From: Chrysemys picta bellii
Lineage: Eukaryota
DNA length: 64,000 nucleotides
Assembly: GCF_011386835.1 (NCBI RefSeq)
Contig: NC_088794.1
Coordinates: 4,712,001 to 4,776,000 of the forward strand
Reading direction: 5' to 3'
Shown: piece after piece, positions 12,116 to 25,039 of the stretch
Numbering within the stretch: the stretch's first letter is position 1
How the letters are laid out: each line of letters opens with the position of its first letter
The notes under the pieces: model-generated
Seen by the model: the letters and a program-made list of their open reading frames with translations, nothing else
Databases searched by the model: none
Told to the model about the DNA's origin: nothing
Program-made: the position numbers and the translations under genes

Positions 12116-15100
12116 TTAAAAAGACTCTGAGCTGTTTTTTTGTTTTATGTTAAATGCTTCCTCTAGGCTCTCTAGCGCCTGCTCCTTGGTTATTTTTTTC
12201 CAACCCTGCGGCAGATTTGCTGGCTTAGCCTTGTACTTCTTAGCAAACTTATAGTTGAACCTGTTAAAAACGAACTTCCAGTAGTCAGAAGTGTCGATGC
12301 TGGGATCGGGCTGGATGCGCCATTCTGGGTAATATCGTCGATAATCTTTATAGGGATGAAATTTCTCTTCCGTTTCTGAATTCCTAAATACAGCGTTGGA
12401 AACCACATCGGAAGAACACAAAGAGTACTCAAGCATTCCTGTCCGTTTGTTTTTGCACTGCCCTAATCCCTGAGGCCGATGGACTGTAGCAAAGTGTTCC
12501 GTATGATCCATGCCTCCTGCTTCACAGGGGACTTTACAGAACGGGCACTGCTTCCCGCAGCCCAACACGCAGTTGAAGATTTCATCCTGGGGCTTCATGG
12601 ACAGGTTGGAGAGTTTGGATTCAAATTTCAACTCTTCAAATTCAGCTAAGGTTTCTTTTTCCAGCTCGGGAAGGATGGCCTGAACGTGAGCCGAAAACTG
12701 TGCAGCATTTGCCGTGTTTTTAAACCGCACCACTGCTAGATGGTCCTTGGAAATCACCAAGTCTTTCTGTAACTCTCCACAAAAGGTGTCTAAAAAGTCA
12801 CAGACCGTGCTGGTGCTTTTGTCACGGAGAGACTCCAAAGCAGTCCTGACTTGTTTTATTACTGAGGACAGAATCTCTTTCTCCAGGTGTCGCAACCGCG
12901 CTGTCTGGCTGTAGCGATCTAGCAGGTGTCCTTCTACCCAGATTTTGACAAAACGTTCATAGTTATTAATGTATAGGATATAGGTGTCAAAGTTTTCATA
13001 TTTCAGCAGCTTCTTCAAGACAGTGAACTGGAAAAGGCTTCGGTTTGTATATTCATCATACTGTCCACTGTTGAGAATGTCATCGACTATTTTTAACCCA
13101 AGTCTATTGTTCACATAGTCCACCAGGGCAGGTTTGAGACACCAATGACAGAAATCCCTGGCTCTTGTTTGGCAGGAATCCTTCCCCAAATAAAGATCTT
13201 TAAATGTGGAGAGATACTGCGGTTTTAGTTTCTCCAGAAATAGTTCAGGATCGTTTTCTTTGATGAAGCTTGCTTGCATCTTCTCTAATAAAGGAACCAC
13301 TTCCCCCAAAATGTGAAGCTTCAGGTCAACTTTAAAGCAAGCGCTCGTGTGAAGTTCCTGAACGTCTGCCTCTTGAAGCCTCTCATTGATCATCCTCAAC
13401 AGATTTCTGCTGTAAATTTCATCATAATCTACTTCGCCGTCTGCTATATTTCTAATATAATCTTTGCACTGTTCCATTAATGATTTAACAAGTTCTTCTG
13501 TTTTATGCCAGCATTCCTGTGTGAACCATTCATTCAGGGTCTTAATCCATGGTAAATCTAAGTATTCCTTTTTCATAATGAAAGATTTTGTTCCATAATT
13601 CAATAAATTGCTGTATTCCTGTAGCTTTAGACTGGATGGATTCCCCTGCTTTGCCAGGTCCTCTCTCAGCAGCAACTCAATGTCTTGATAAATTTGCCTT
13701 TCATCCATACAGCCGAGCCGTATTTTTGACACTGTCTCACTCCACATTTCCTCAAACTCCATTTCCAGTTCCTTGTTGTCTGCTTTGTTCTCTCTCATTT
13801 TACAGTCTTCCAAAAGCATGTCCATTTCACCTTCAATTGTTTTTATGCACATAGCCTGAATCGTGTTTTTCTTTCGCCATCCTTTGCTGGCAGTCACCAG
13901 ATTGGAACAAATGGCACGTGAATAACTTGAACTGTGATGTGCAAACGGACGTGAATGCCTAACAAAATCTCCCATGTTCTTGTCTCTAACCGACTGCTTT
14001 ACTGCTGCACTTTGAATCCGCTCCCAAATCCTGTGCGATTCACAGCTCACTTTCTGCTGAGTCTCACTTGTTAAGTTGGTCAGGACACAAGCATCTAATT
14101 TAGCTGGAGGTTGATTCTGGAAGAAAGTTTGTTTTTCAGTTACCCACAGATTCATTTCCTTGCGGAACTCCCATTCCCATCCTACAGACTTTGCAGCTAT
14201 CTTGGTGTAGGCTTCAGTTGTGAAGGGGTTTCTAAAGCTGAAGAGGAAGTCATCATGTTTTAGAGCATTCCACAGACTCTTCACCCATTCGATAAATTGG
14301 GGAATGTCTTTGGGAATGGTGTTAAGTGAATGTTGTCTTACAAATTCAAACAAGCATTTCTTTAGCCCCCACACACTCTCACTGTACCCAGTGTTCACTG
14401 GTGCCATTGGAGGGTCCCCATGCCACTGGCTGGGGATGTACCAATTGTGTTTCTCAGGATCATGGTCCATAATGTCAGAAACCGTAATTTCTTTCTGTAG
14501 TTTTTCCATCTTTGCTGCAGCTACAGTCATTTCATTCAGCTGCTCCACAAGATATTTCTTGTCTCTCATGTTTTGTTCATATGCAGCTACATCATTGACG
14601 TTCTGATGCACAAATTGGCAGATGGGCATGTGCTCCGTTTCCTCCATTCTGAGAAAGGCATGGACCACAATTTGCAGAACATCCTGCATTTTGGTGGCGT
14701 TCTCCATGGCCAGGTTAACGATGGTTATGTCGCTCAGTCCAATCACCAGTGTGGCCAGCTCATTGTCATGTTGATAACTGTCCTCCAGTTTGGCCAGTTC
14801 AGGGGCTTTCAAGCCTTCTGTGTCTATTACAAGGATGAAATCACAGCCCAGTTCCTGCTGAAAGTTCTCTGCCACTTTAATGAGTGACATGAAGGCTCCT
14901 TGCGTACATCGGCCACCGCTCACTGCAAACTGCAGGCCGAACATGGTGTTGAGGAGGGTGGATTTCCCAGTGCTCTGCCCTCCCAGCACCGTTAAAACCA
15001 GCATTTTGGACTTTCCCCCCAGCTTGGCATGGAGCTCAGTCAGAACATCTGTCACCCACTGCAGTGGGATGTTGGATACATCTCCATCGATCAGCTCCAT

Positions 15101-16821
15101 GGGAAACCCTTCCAGCATCAGGTCAGCTGCTAACCTCGGGAAATGAATGAATTTCCTTTGAATTTTTCCCATTTTGCCTTCCTTCACCATTGAGTGTTCA
15201 GCCTCGTAGAACTGCCCCAACTCACGCAGGAAATGCTCCACTCCTAGGGAACTGGCAGAGATGGATTCATCCAGTTCTGGTAGCTTTTGTTCGTTAGGCT
15301 GCAAGTTAGGACGGTTCCCCTTAGCAATGCCATCTAAATTAAATTTCATGCATTTCAGGAAGTAGCGTATTTCCATTTGAGATAGTGTTCCTATTCCACT
15401 GATAAATTTAGTCAAACCATCAGTAAGGTCACATTTATTCTGCTGTGTACGGAACTCCAACAATTTCTCTTTCAGCCTAGATTTATATTCTTCTGTGGGG
15501 ACGTCCCCTTGTCCTTTCAATCTGCACATTTCTCTTTCCACGTTGCTTAAGCTCTTCCACAGGTCCCCTTGCAGTTGCAGTGTTTGCCTCTTGTAATTTC
15601 CAATATCTTTTATTTCTGCCGTGATTTCTTTAACGCGGTTCTTTGCTCTCTGACATTCCTCACAGTCCTCATCCAGATGGATTGAAAGTTCACGTGCGGT
15701 CACAGCCATGCCTTCCATATTCATGTCCTTGTGATGATCGTTCATTATACTTCCTATAGCAGAGCACAACTTTTCCATGAATTCCTCTTTCTTGGTCCCG
15801 ATTTCTTTCTCTAGGACATGCTGTTTACTCAGTTTCAGCACTGGTGCTAATTTATTAAGGAATTCCTGAGTTTCACTCTGTTTGCCAGACTCGTAATTGA
15901 GGATGAAGTAGTATTTAGTGGCTGATCCCTGCAGAGATGATAAGAGCGTGTATTGTCTCTCACTGATGCTCTCAGTAACTATGAACACTGCAGAGGAGAT
16001 CTCTGTTAAAAAGCTGAACTGTAGCCAGTGGGACTCAATATCTCCGCGCAGATTTGTAACCGCGACGGGCTCTGGGAAAAGATCTGAATCCTCATTTCCA
16101 GCAGGGAAATACCAGGAAATCTCGACCAGCCCATCTGCGATTTCCCGAGGGACGTTCCCAGACTCCATGTCCCGATGGATGAAGAAATCATGGTGCTGCT
16201 GGGAGGGGCTGAGAACCTCATTGAGGAGTTTGGACTTGGAGAAGTTGCAGCTCCCCATCCGCACAAAGGAAATGGTTGGCATTGCTGTGAGCACCAGGCT
16301 CTCCTCTCTGAACCCTCTGCTCTCTGCCAGGGAGTGCGGCCTCCACTTTCTCACAATGTCCCTCATGGCCCACAGCATTAGGGTGCACTTGGGGGTGTCG
16401 AGGGCAGGTAGCAGCAGAGGGAGGGCAAACTGGCACATGGACATTTTGGACAGGATCTCCTGCTGTAGGAAACTGTCTGAGCAAAGCAGAACGGCGCAGA
16501 GAACATCGAGGGGGTGCAGAGAAGCTCTAGCGTCCATGTTGCTATAATGAAGAACATTGCCACCATCGCCTTGTCCCCCATTGTCGTCACTGCTTGCTTT
16601 GTCAGCAGATGCTCCCTGCCCAAAGCTTGTGTTTCTGGCGGTCCCATTCAAAGCTATGACCTTCCTCAGAAAATGCCACGGTAAATCCCCTAATGCCCGA
16701 GGAGTCCAGTTCTGTAGACTTTCTGGGTTGATTTCCTGGAGTTCTCTCAACCCCAGCTTCGTGCTTCTGTGCTTCTCCATCTTCAGCTTGGACAGGAGGT
16801 CCTGGAGTGCTCTCCTTCTCT
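12116..16821 (-). CDS. URGCP/VLIG-type very large GTPase exon, gene A terminal exon
   Basis: Uninterrupted ORF over 1550 aa. URGCP-like N-region (KMSMCQFALPLLLP, REIADGLVEISWYFP), P-loop GGQSTGKS, GRCT, DTEG, FVHQN, and C-terminal CGKQCPFCKVPC motif. Acceptor ctttctgcag| at 16821, phase 1. Confidence 0.93.
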
Positions 16822-17231
16822 CTGCAGAAAGAGGTTAAAGCATGAGCAGGTTTCAGAATCCCTCTGGTATTAAATATACCTGTTTTGAACGTGTTTATTC
16901 TGACACGTATCAGTGAAGTGATGGGAATTATCTGTTTGCAACCCCTGCTAATGCAGTCTGGCTCTTTTTCCTGCACTAGAACCTGGAACACATATGGAAG
17001 TTTGAGTCTGCTATAGCCTCCAGGCTATGGAAACTGGGTTCTTTTGCCTAGCCAGGGGAGAGTCATGCTTTTAAATCAAAGGTCCCAGGTTCAAGCTCTG
17101 CTAACTATGACCCAACCTTGGGTGGTGTTCTGAGTGCACTTTCCGTATTGATTTCAAATCTCCCCTTTCTTTATTTTTTTGTGAAGGGTGGTTCAGAGCA
17201 AAAAGCTGCATTTTCTTGCCCGTGTTTCTTA

Positions 17232-17500
17232 GGCTATGTCTGCACTGCCGGCTAAATCGATACAGCGGTGTTGATTTAGTGGGTCTAGTGAAGGCACAGT
17301 AAGTCAATGGCAGAGCGCTCTCCCGTCAACATCTGTACTCCACCTCCCCGAGGGGCAGAAGCTATTTCAATGAGACAGTATCTCCCATCGACATAGGTCG
17401 ACTTACAGTGGTGTCTATACCATGCTAAGTTGCATCAACTTCAGTTACGTAACTGAAGTAGTGTAACTTAGATCAACTTTCAGCATTAGTGTAGACCAGC
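17232..17500. mobile_element. Harbinger-like MITE
   Basis: ggctatgtctgcact ... agtgtagaccagccc terminal inverted repeats. Confidence 0.7.
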
Positions 17501-19318
17501 CCTTAGTATGTAAACACAAGTTCCCCCTGGCATGAACACTCTAGGAAACTGGAAGTTGACATACCAAAGCCTTCCTTTTTACAATCTCATTCTAGTCAAA
17601 TTATTGACAGAAGTACTGTTAATCTAGTGCTTCAACAGGCATTACACTGACTCTTACCATGACACGATGTTTCCATTAAAATAAGAAAGATTCAAATGTA
17701 TTCAGTGTCCATGCTAGAAAATGGTTCCTCAACAATTAAACCCCATTCCAGCGGCCGATACGCTCAAAACATAGCTAAAAAAAGAAAAAAACTAATTTCT
17801 GCTGTAGGCCAAAGTTTGCTTCCCAAAATGCATTTACAACAGACAGCCACCACTGCTGCTAACCCAAACCAAAACTCACTGAGTTCCCCTTCTAGGCCTA
17901 GACCTTTTCCGTTCACATGCACACACCACTGGATGGAGAAAGGGAAGCCAGCTGCCTTAATGTGACATGCTCTGTTTAACTTCACATTCATGACACACAT
18001 AGATATGGTCATACAGTCAAAGCGAATGTGATGAGGGTCACATCTTCAATTAAGGAGTGATGCGTATTCATACCTCAAATACGGATAGAGAAATTTGGGA
18101 TGCTGTCTCTCACACTGACCCACTTCTGTGGTCTCATGCCCCCTTTTTTGCTTCCTTTTTACCAGTAGATAGCGCTCTCTGGGATGAACTGGGGGGACAT
18201 TTTTGTCATGAAAGCAAAAAAAAAAAAAGTATCAACTCAAACCAGTGGGGTCTCACCCTAATTTTTTCTGGCCCTGAGGTGCTTCCAACAAAACATGCAG
18301 TTGGAAATTTTGCTCTCTCTCCTCTCATTCCAACCATGAGGCTCCATGGGCCTTGAAGGCCGGTCCCCAGGTGGCCTTCGCATCCCAGCCCTCATCCAGC
18401 CACTTGTTAGTAAGCGATGGGCTGAGAATGACTAATGAAACCCTAGCCCCATCAGAAGCACCGCCTATGGGAGTCATGACTGGAGGAGCGGCTGAGCTTT
18501 TTAAGCCAGAAAGAGACACAGGAAGTTGTCTGTGCAACGAGGTGAACTCCTGGCTGGCTGCTATGTCGGTCTCTGCCTTCTCGCCGAGCCCTGAGCCCAG
18601 CTTCCCTGCCTTGCTCCTGGTTCCTGCCTTCCAACGTTGTTTGTGATACCTGCCCCGGGTCTATGACTCTCGTGCCGGTCTGACCCTTGGCTTGACTCCC
18701 GACTCCAGCTCTGACCACTAGGTCTGACTGTTCAAGTCCTGGTCATGATGCCAACCATGAAATCTCTTCCCAGTTTCTCTCCTAAGTTCCAGGACTATGG
18801 AAATGGCCATGTTTAGCCTGGAAGGGCTAGGCGCTTACCAGATTTCACAAGGGGGACTGAGTCACCTACAACCAACATTTTAGCACCACTGGCATTCACA
18901 AAACCTCTGCCCAGCTGCTGCCTTATGCTGTAGGTGCCCAAAATCCCCGAGGAGCCCAAGTTTCAACCAGTAAAGTCCCTGAGGCAGCTCAGTTTCGGCA
19001 GCTGGGCCTGCGCGCAGACACCTACATCTTGACGCTGCCCAGCAGCTTTGTGTCTAACTAACATACCAGCCCTGGTAGGACTCAAATTCAGCCTTCCCCT
19101 GCCTAGATCGCCCAGACTGGTCAGTGTGCTAAAGCATGTCTACTAGAGTAAACCTCTTGTTATATCTAGTGGGTTGCTCACTGTCTTAAGATATAAAAGA
19201 TCTGGGTTCAATCCCCACTCTGCCACATGCCTTACTGGCTAAAATTGCTGGGAATCAACTCATACTGAAAGTCATTCCATAAATGTGTTTATCTAGATAC
19301 AGAAGAGGAATTACCTAC

Positions 19319-19390
19319 CTTTAAAAAGATCTTTCTCCTCCAACTCTGGACCTTGCTGAGTGTCTGATTCCTGTTTGGAGTTTAAAGCAT
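19319..19390 (-). CDS. Linker exon (72 nt, phase 1-1) of gene A
   Basis: ttttctttgctag|ATGCTTTAAAC...CTTTTTAAAG|gtaggtaa, encoding DALNSKQESDTQQGPELEEKDLFK. Keeps the PYD and GTPase exons in frame. Confidence 0.8.
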
Positions 19391-20447
19391 CTAGCAAAGA
19401 AAATCAGAGAGACAAACACATATTGGTTCTATGTTTATATAATCGCTGTGCATTTTCTCTATCGACTTACGTGTGTCTGTGCATTTCCCCACCTTTGGTT
19501 TTATTAGGAACAATCTGAGCATGATGACGAACTGTTTAAAATTCCATGAAAATAATCTGACACAAGCAGGTCACACCAGGGAGGTGGAAACTGTTGGTAG
19601 AAGACCACACCTTAACTTTTGGTAAGCCAAAGTTGGACACAAGGCACACGATGACTCAATTGAAATGGAAACTATTTTTTAAAAAAAGCATTGACTAAAA
19701 ATGCAGAAAGTTTCAAATAATAGGTAAGAAAAGCAAAATGAAAATAAGAAAAATATGCACGTTACATTGAAAGGTCAGGATAATCGTCTCCCTTTTACAG
19801 ATGGGGAAACTGAGGCACAGATCTGGGAAGTGATGGCAGAGCTGGGAGTAGAACCCAGACAGTCATGATCCCAGAACCAGTGAAAGGAAAGAGCTGCAAC
19901 CACAGGTTCCGACTCCATGAGTGCTCCAGGGTGCAAGCACCCATGGGAGAAAAACATAGTGGGTGCTCAGCACCCATCAGTCACAGCTGTTCAGAGGCGC
20001 CACCGATCAGCTGTTAGAGGGGGCTGCCAATCAGCTGTTTGGTGGCTGGGGGAAGCACTTGGGGGAGGGCAGAGAGCAGCAGGTGGCGGGCAGGCGGGGG
20101 CCTCGTGGGAGGGGTTGGAGCAGGGGCAGGAAGAGGCAGAGTGAGGGCAGGGTCTCAGGGGAAGGGGTGGAGTGGAGTCAGGGCCTCATGGTGGAGTAGG
20201 GGCGCAGCGTCCCCAGGGAAAACGAAAAGTCAGCCCCTATGGCTGTAATGAAAATCAAGAGAGCATCTGAGGCATAAAGAGGTCAGAGGGGACATTTCTC
20301 CTGCTTGAAGAGCTTTGCACAAACTTATCAAGGGGAAACCATTAGAAAGGAAAGAAACTGCACCTGGGGAGTGAGAAAGGAAAGCAAATCCAGAAGTGAA
20401 GAATATTCAGGGTGGGGGGCTGATTTTTTCCTGGGGTTGCCACTTAC

Positions 20448-20724
20448 CATTTCCTGTTGCCTTGGCGAGTTTCTCTGCTAAATCCCTCTCGTTTATTGAT
20501 TTCAGCGCCTCCACGGTCACCTCCACCGCGTAATATCCTTCGTAGCAGCTGATCAGCTTGTCAGTGAGGTCAATGACATCCACTTTCTTCAGTGTCCCAC
20601 GGCCGATATGTTCATATCCCTCCTTCAGTGGCATTTCGTGCAGTTTGAACTTGAACTTCTTGAGCTCATCTTCCCCCAGGTCTTCCAGGGTCAGCAGCAG
20701 ATGATCTCTCAGGGTCTTCGCCAT
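20448..20724 (-). CDS. PYD first coding exon of gene A (ASC-like PYD)
   Basis: MAKTLRDHLLLTLEDLGEDELKKFKFKLHEMPLKEGYEHIGRGTL...DLTDKLISCY. Donor G|gtaagt, 277 nt, phase 1. Acceptor with exon start at 20787. Confidence 0.92.
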
Positions 20725-20885
20725 CCTGCCTCCTCAGAGGAAAGCTGTGCACACTGCCAGGCCAGGGCAGAGTGTGTCAGGAAACAGCTGCATGTACACA
20801 AAGGGCAAATTTCTTCCTGAGGCTCCGGAAAGCTGAGAGGTTGTTTGTTTAGAGACCAAAAGAAAAAAAAAAAAGCAGAGAGAGC

Positions 20886-20897
20886 AAAAACGAAACT
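20886..20897 (-). promoter_or_regulatory. ISRE/IRF-like motif upstream of PYD exon A
   Basis: TAGTTTCGTTTTT in gene orientation. Confidence 0.5.
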
Positions 20898-21183
20898 AGA
20901 GCTGTACGGAACTAGACTCGAAGCAAGCCCCTCCTTTCTCTCCTCCAGCTCCCCGACAAAACCAGCGCTGTGCCTCTGGTTACTATCCCCCATGCAAATT
21001 CCAAAACACACATCTGATCCCTTGTCTCCATTCTGCTGGCATCTCCTTGCACCGGCATTATGACTGCATTCCTATTATTACGCCCTCCCCTTTCCCTCTT
21101 GCTATCTATGGTAGATAAAGACACTGGCAATAAGAAGTCCACCTTGTCTCTCTCATACACACGTTTTTCACCATTGATTTTAG

Positions 21184-21207
21184 TGACGTCATTCCTGATT
21201 TACGTCA
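21184..21207. promoter_or_regulatory. Paired CRE/ATF-like sites
   Basis: TGACGTCA (21184-21191) and TTACGTCA (21200-21207), with CpGs retained. Confidence 0.4.
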
Positions 21208-22079
21208 GTGTGATGGAGGGGAGAATCCGGCTCAAGGAAGGTTTGGAAACTGGTGAATGTTTTGGATCAATGCTCTGGGCCAAAAATCCAACAGAAAGGA
21301 ATGGAAAAGTAAAAAAAGGATCGGATTGAGTCTAAGTCCAGGTTTTGAAGCTTACCCAAGATGCGAGTCTGTTCGTCTCAGTACTGTTTGATAAGAAGCA
21401 GGGGCGGTGACTGCTTCCCGTTTGGAACCTGCGGAAGGAAGGTGTTGGGAAATCAACAAGGGATGATCATCATTTAAGCTGTGCAGGGCTGTTAAGTGGG
21501 TCCTGTGTCAAGCTGCGCATGGTGCAGGGAAACAGATAAAGCCAATGACCCGGGCTTCCCTCGCTGTGCTGGGGTGATTAATGGGATGCGTATCTCCCTT
21601 TGTCTGTTCCCCCATAGACCCAACCTTGCCTGCGAGTGCACACACCAAAAGAGCTACTTAGTGATTGTTATGCAGGCCTAAGTGGACCACTGTGGACAAT
21701 TTATCAACATTAACATTGGCTGGTCACGATGCTCCGCTTTTTAGACCCAGAGGACATTTTGACAGGGCGAAAGCCTTTCTGAATAAGTCATAAATTCCCA
21801 GGCCAGAAAGGACCATTGTGATCATCTAGTCTGATCCCCTGTGTAACATAGGCCAGAGACCTGCCCCAAAATAATTCCTAGAGCAGATCTTCTAGAAAAA
21901 CATCCAGCCTTTAAAAATAGTCAGTGATGGAGAATCCACCACGCCACTTGGATCAGCTGTTCCAATGGTTAATTACTCTCACCTTTTTTAAAACGTGTGC
22001 CTTATTTCCAGTCTGAATTCGTTTAGCTTCCAGTCATTGCATATATACTGCAAATCCGTTCTTAAAGTCTGCACCTGTC

Positions 22080-23299
22080 AGACAGATGGATAAATATCTC
22101 TGGTCTGTTGACATATTGTTAAGTTGCACTCCTTATTCTTTATGGAAATATGCTTATGAATATGACATAACTGGAATACGCTTTATGCAAAATGAGTCAT
22201 GTAAAATAAGTTTCCCAAGGGTATCATCTACTGAATGTGTTCATTCTATTTGCACGCATATATCATTCCTATGTCCGAAGTTTGAAATATGAAGTGTAAA
22301 TCTATGTTACTAATGGAGTTATGCCAAGTGAGGGCCATTAACGATACTTCAGGATCTTGATGACGCTTAAGCAAGAAACAATTGGCTGCGAATGGATTTG
22401 TTTTTCTGTAAGTCCGTGGGACACCTGTGAGGAGGAGGGGCGATGGGGGTTCCTGTGAAGACGTGTCTGTGCCATCTGATGCTAGAATCCATCTTGGATT
22501 TTATATTTTTCCATGAGGCATGGAAAAATTTTAAACAAGAGAACAAAGGATTCCCACCTTCTGCAAAAGCTATATAAGGGTGGGAAGCCTAACATGAGAG
22601 GCCAGTCATGAGGATACCCACTGCTTACCACCGAAGATGTCTGCTGGAACTAACAGAGACTGAACAGGGGGAAGGATTGGGCCTGGACTAGAAATGAGTC
22701 TAGTCTGTGAAAGAAGCTTATTGGAACATCTTTGAGGCTGAGATATTACATGTCATCAGTTCCTTAATGTATTAAGCTTAGCTTTGCATGTTGGTTTTAT
22801 TTTGCTTAGTAACTTACTTTGTTCTGTCTGTTACCTCTTATGATCACTTGATTCCTACCTTTTATACTTAATAAAATCACTTTTGTTTATTAATAAACCC
22901 AGCGTAAGTCATTGTTACCTGGGGGGGGGGGGCAAACAGTCTGTGCATCTCTCTCTTTACTTTGAGAAAGAGGATGAATAACATAAACTTGTACTGTATA
23001 AAACTTTATACAGTGTAAGCTGAATTTATCTGGGGTTCAGGCTCCCAGAAGGGCTGTGCACTGGGGTGCTGAGGCAAGTCCCTTTAACTGAGTCTGCCCA
23101 GAGCTGAGCTGATCTCAGTATCTGTATTCTGCAGAGGGGCGCGGCCCTATCTCTGTGTCTGGGCTGGAGGAGGCCTGGAGGGTCTGGCTCACCAAGACAG
23201 AGGCAAGGGGTGCCCATTTTGGCAGAAGGGTTAGGCTCAGTGGTATTTCAGCACATCCAGTGACAGTCCCAAAGGGGTCCCGACGAGAGAACCCATCAC
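22080..23299 (+). mobile_element. LTR (Gypsy-like); left boundary approximate
   Basis: TATA-like gctatataag, aataaa, 3' end ...acccatcaca. TSD not resolved. Confidence 0.65.
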
Positions 23300-25039
23300 A
23301 CATGTAAATTGAATATTGTCTCATTCACAGTGGGTCCTTTATTACCAGTCTGAACTGAATGAAAATGAAGGATTGTGAGGACATCAGAGAAGAAAATTCT
23401 AACAGGAAGAGACAAGGAGTGGGGAAGGAAAAAAACCCTATCTGGAAGAATACGTCAAAGGTTTGCTCCACCATATCTATGAGACAAAGATGACAAGCTG
23501 TCATGCATAAAGAAAACGGACACTACTTTTGCTTGATTGAAAACACTGAGGAGACCTTTGGGTTAGAGAAACTTCTGTAGACAAGAGAGTAACTTACTAG
23601 TTAAGTTTAGTCTCTAGAAAATGTGTTGTGATTTTGTTTTATATGTAACCATTTATTTCCAACATTCTTACTCGTTATGACTTGAATTTCTGTAAGCAGG
23701 ATATTTTGCTAAAGAAGCAGCATCTTTAAACATAAAATTAGGGCTGCACGAGAGTGATATTTTTGGAAAGATACCTGCTGGGAAGCTAGTTCAAAATGAC
23801 TTGCAATGGTGGGAAAACATATATAAACAAAGTGACGTGCAAAGCATTCCTGTCATGATGATTCATTTATTGCATAGCTATATCACAGAGAGGAATATTA
23901 CAGAGAGGCAGGCTGGACGGCTTTGTGGCATGGGACTTGTGTGATCTTAAGCAAGTCGTTGAATCTCTTTTCCCATCTGTGTGGATAATATTTCTTCCTG
24001 TGTCTGTTGTGTCTATTTAGATCGTAAGCCCTTCAGGGCAAGTCTTGTCTCCTACTGTTTATGTGCAGCATCTGGCAAAAAGTGTCCCCAAGGCACTACT
24101 GTAATATAAATAATGATATCTAGCCTGATCTTCCCTGCTTCTGTTGGAGCAGCCAGAGAAGTGGATTTGAATAGGCCAAAGCCCTGAATTGGAAGGGTGA
24201 TATGGTGTTGGAATCTTTCCCAAAGAGTTTTTCTCCTAACTCTCTGTCAGGCATTTGAGTTAAATATGGATGCACAAAAAGCAATCAAAGAGCAGTTTAA
24301 AACAGCCTGACTTAAAAATCACTTCCCCCTTTACCTCCACTCCCATGGTTCTTGCGATGTCATCATTCTACTAATTTCCCAGTTGTCCATAGTATCTTCC
24401 AAGGTAAATAAGGCCTGCATTTTTAATGCAAAAAAACCCAACAAATAAAATCACACACGCATCACAAAGAAAACATGCTCGCCCCACCCACTGAATGCAC
24501 ACACTCTAAAAACACATGTACTTTTAGGCCGCCTTTGTTCATTAAAAAGGCCACAAATGCATTTCCTTTCTTTTGTGGGTCACCCTTCAGTTACTTGTCT
24601 TCCTGTCCCCGAGCTTGTGTTTCAAAGCTACCGGTACGTGCTTAATCTTCACATTCTACCGCAACACAGAACTTGCACCAGCAGATGGGTTAAATGTTTG
24701 TATCCCGGCTGCTTGGAGGGTTAGCACTGCTGCCCTCAGACAGATTCCTCAGGAAACGAATGAACGACAATCACTCCGCCTCTTTTCATTGTAACTAGAA
24801 TCTTTGCTGTTTCCTGTGAGATTAGGGGTCTGATTAGTGGAACTCCAGTTTGTGTGTGTGCATCTACTGACCCCTATTGGCTGGGATTGTATGTGTGCAT
24901 GCTAACAACTGATGGTTATGCATATAAAATACAAAACCCAAAGCAAAGTTCCTTACTGGAAATGAGATGTGCGAGGAATATTGTAAGGAAATTAATTAAC
25001 AGAGCCCTCTGAAAGTATTATGCTGAGGAGGGAAAAATC

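Noticed and set aside
15918-16547. Antisense ORFs over the GTPase exons (also 37297-38253)
   Set aside because: Shadow frames of the real coding strand, near identical between paralogs only because of the homogenised tract.
20407-20724. PYD ORFs as standalone PYD-only proteins
   Set aside because: Each has a canonical phase-1 donor matching downstream exons, and the short read-through to a stop is expected by chance. Intron-retained PYD-only isoforms cannot be excluded without RNA data.
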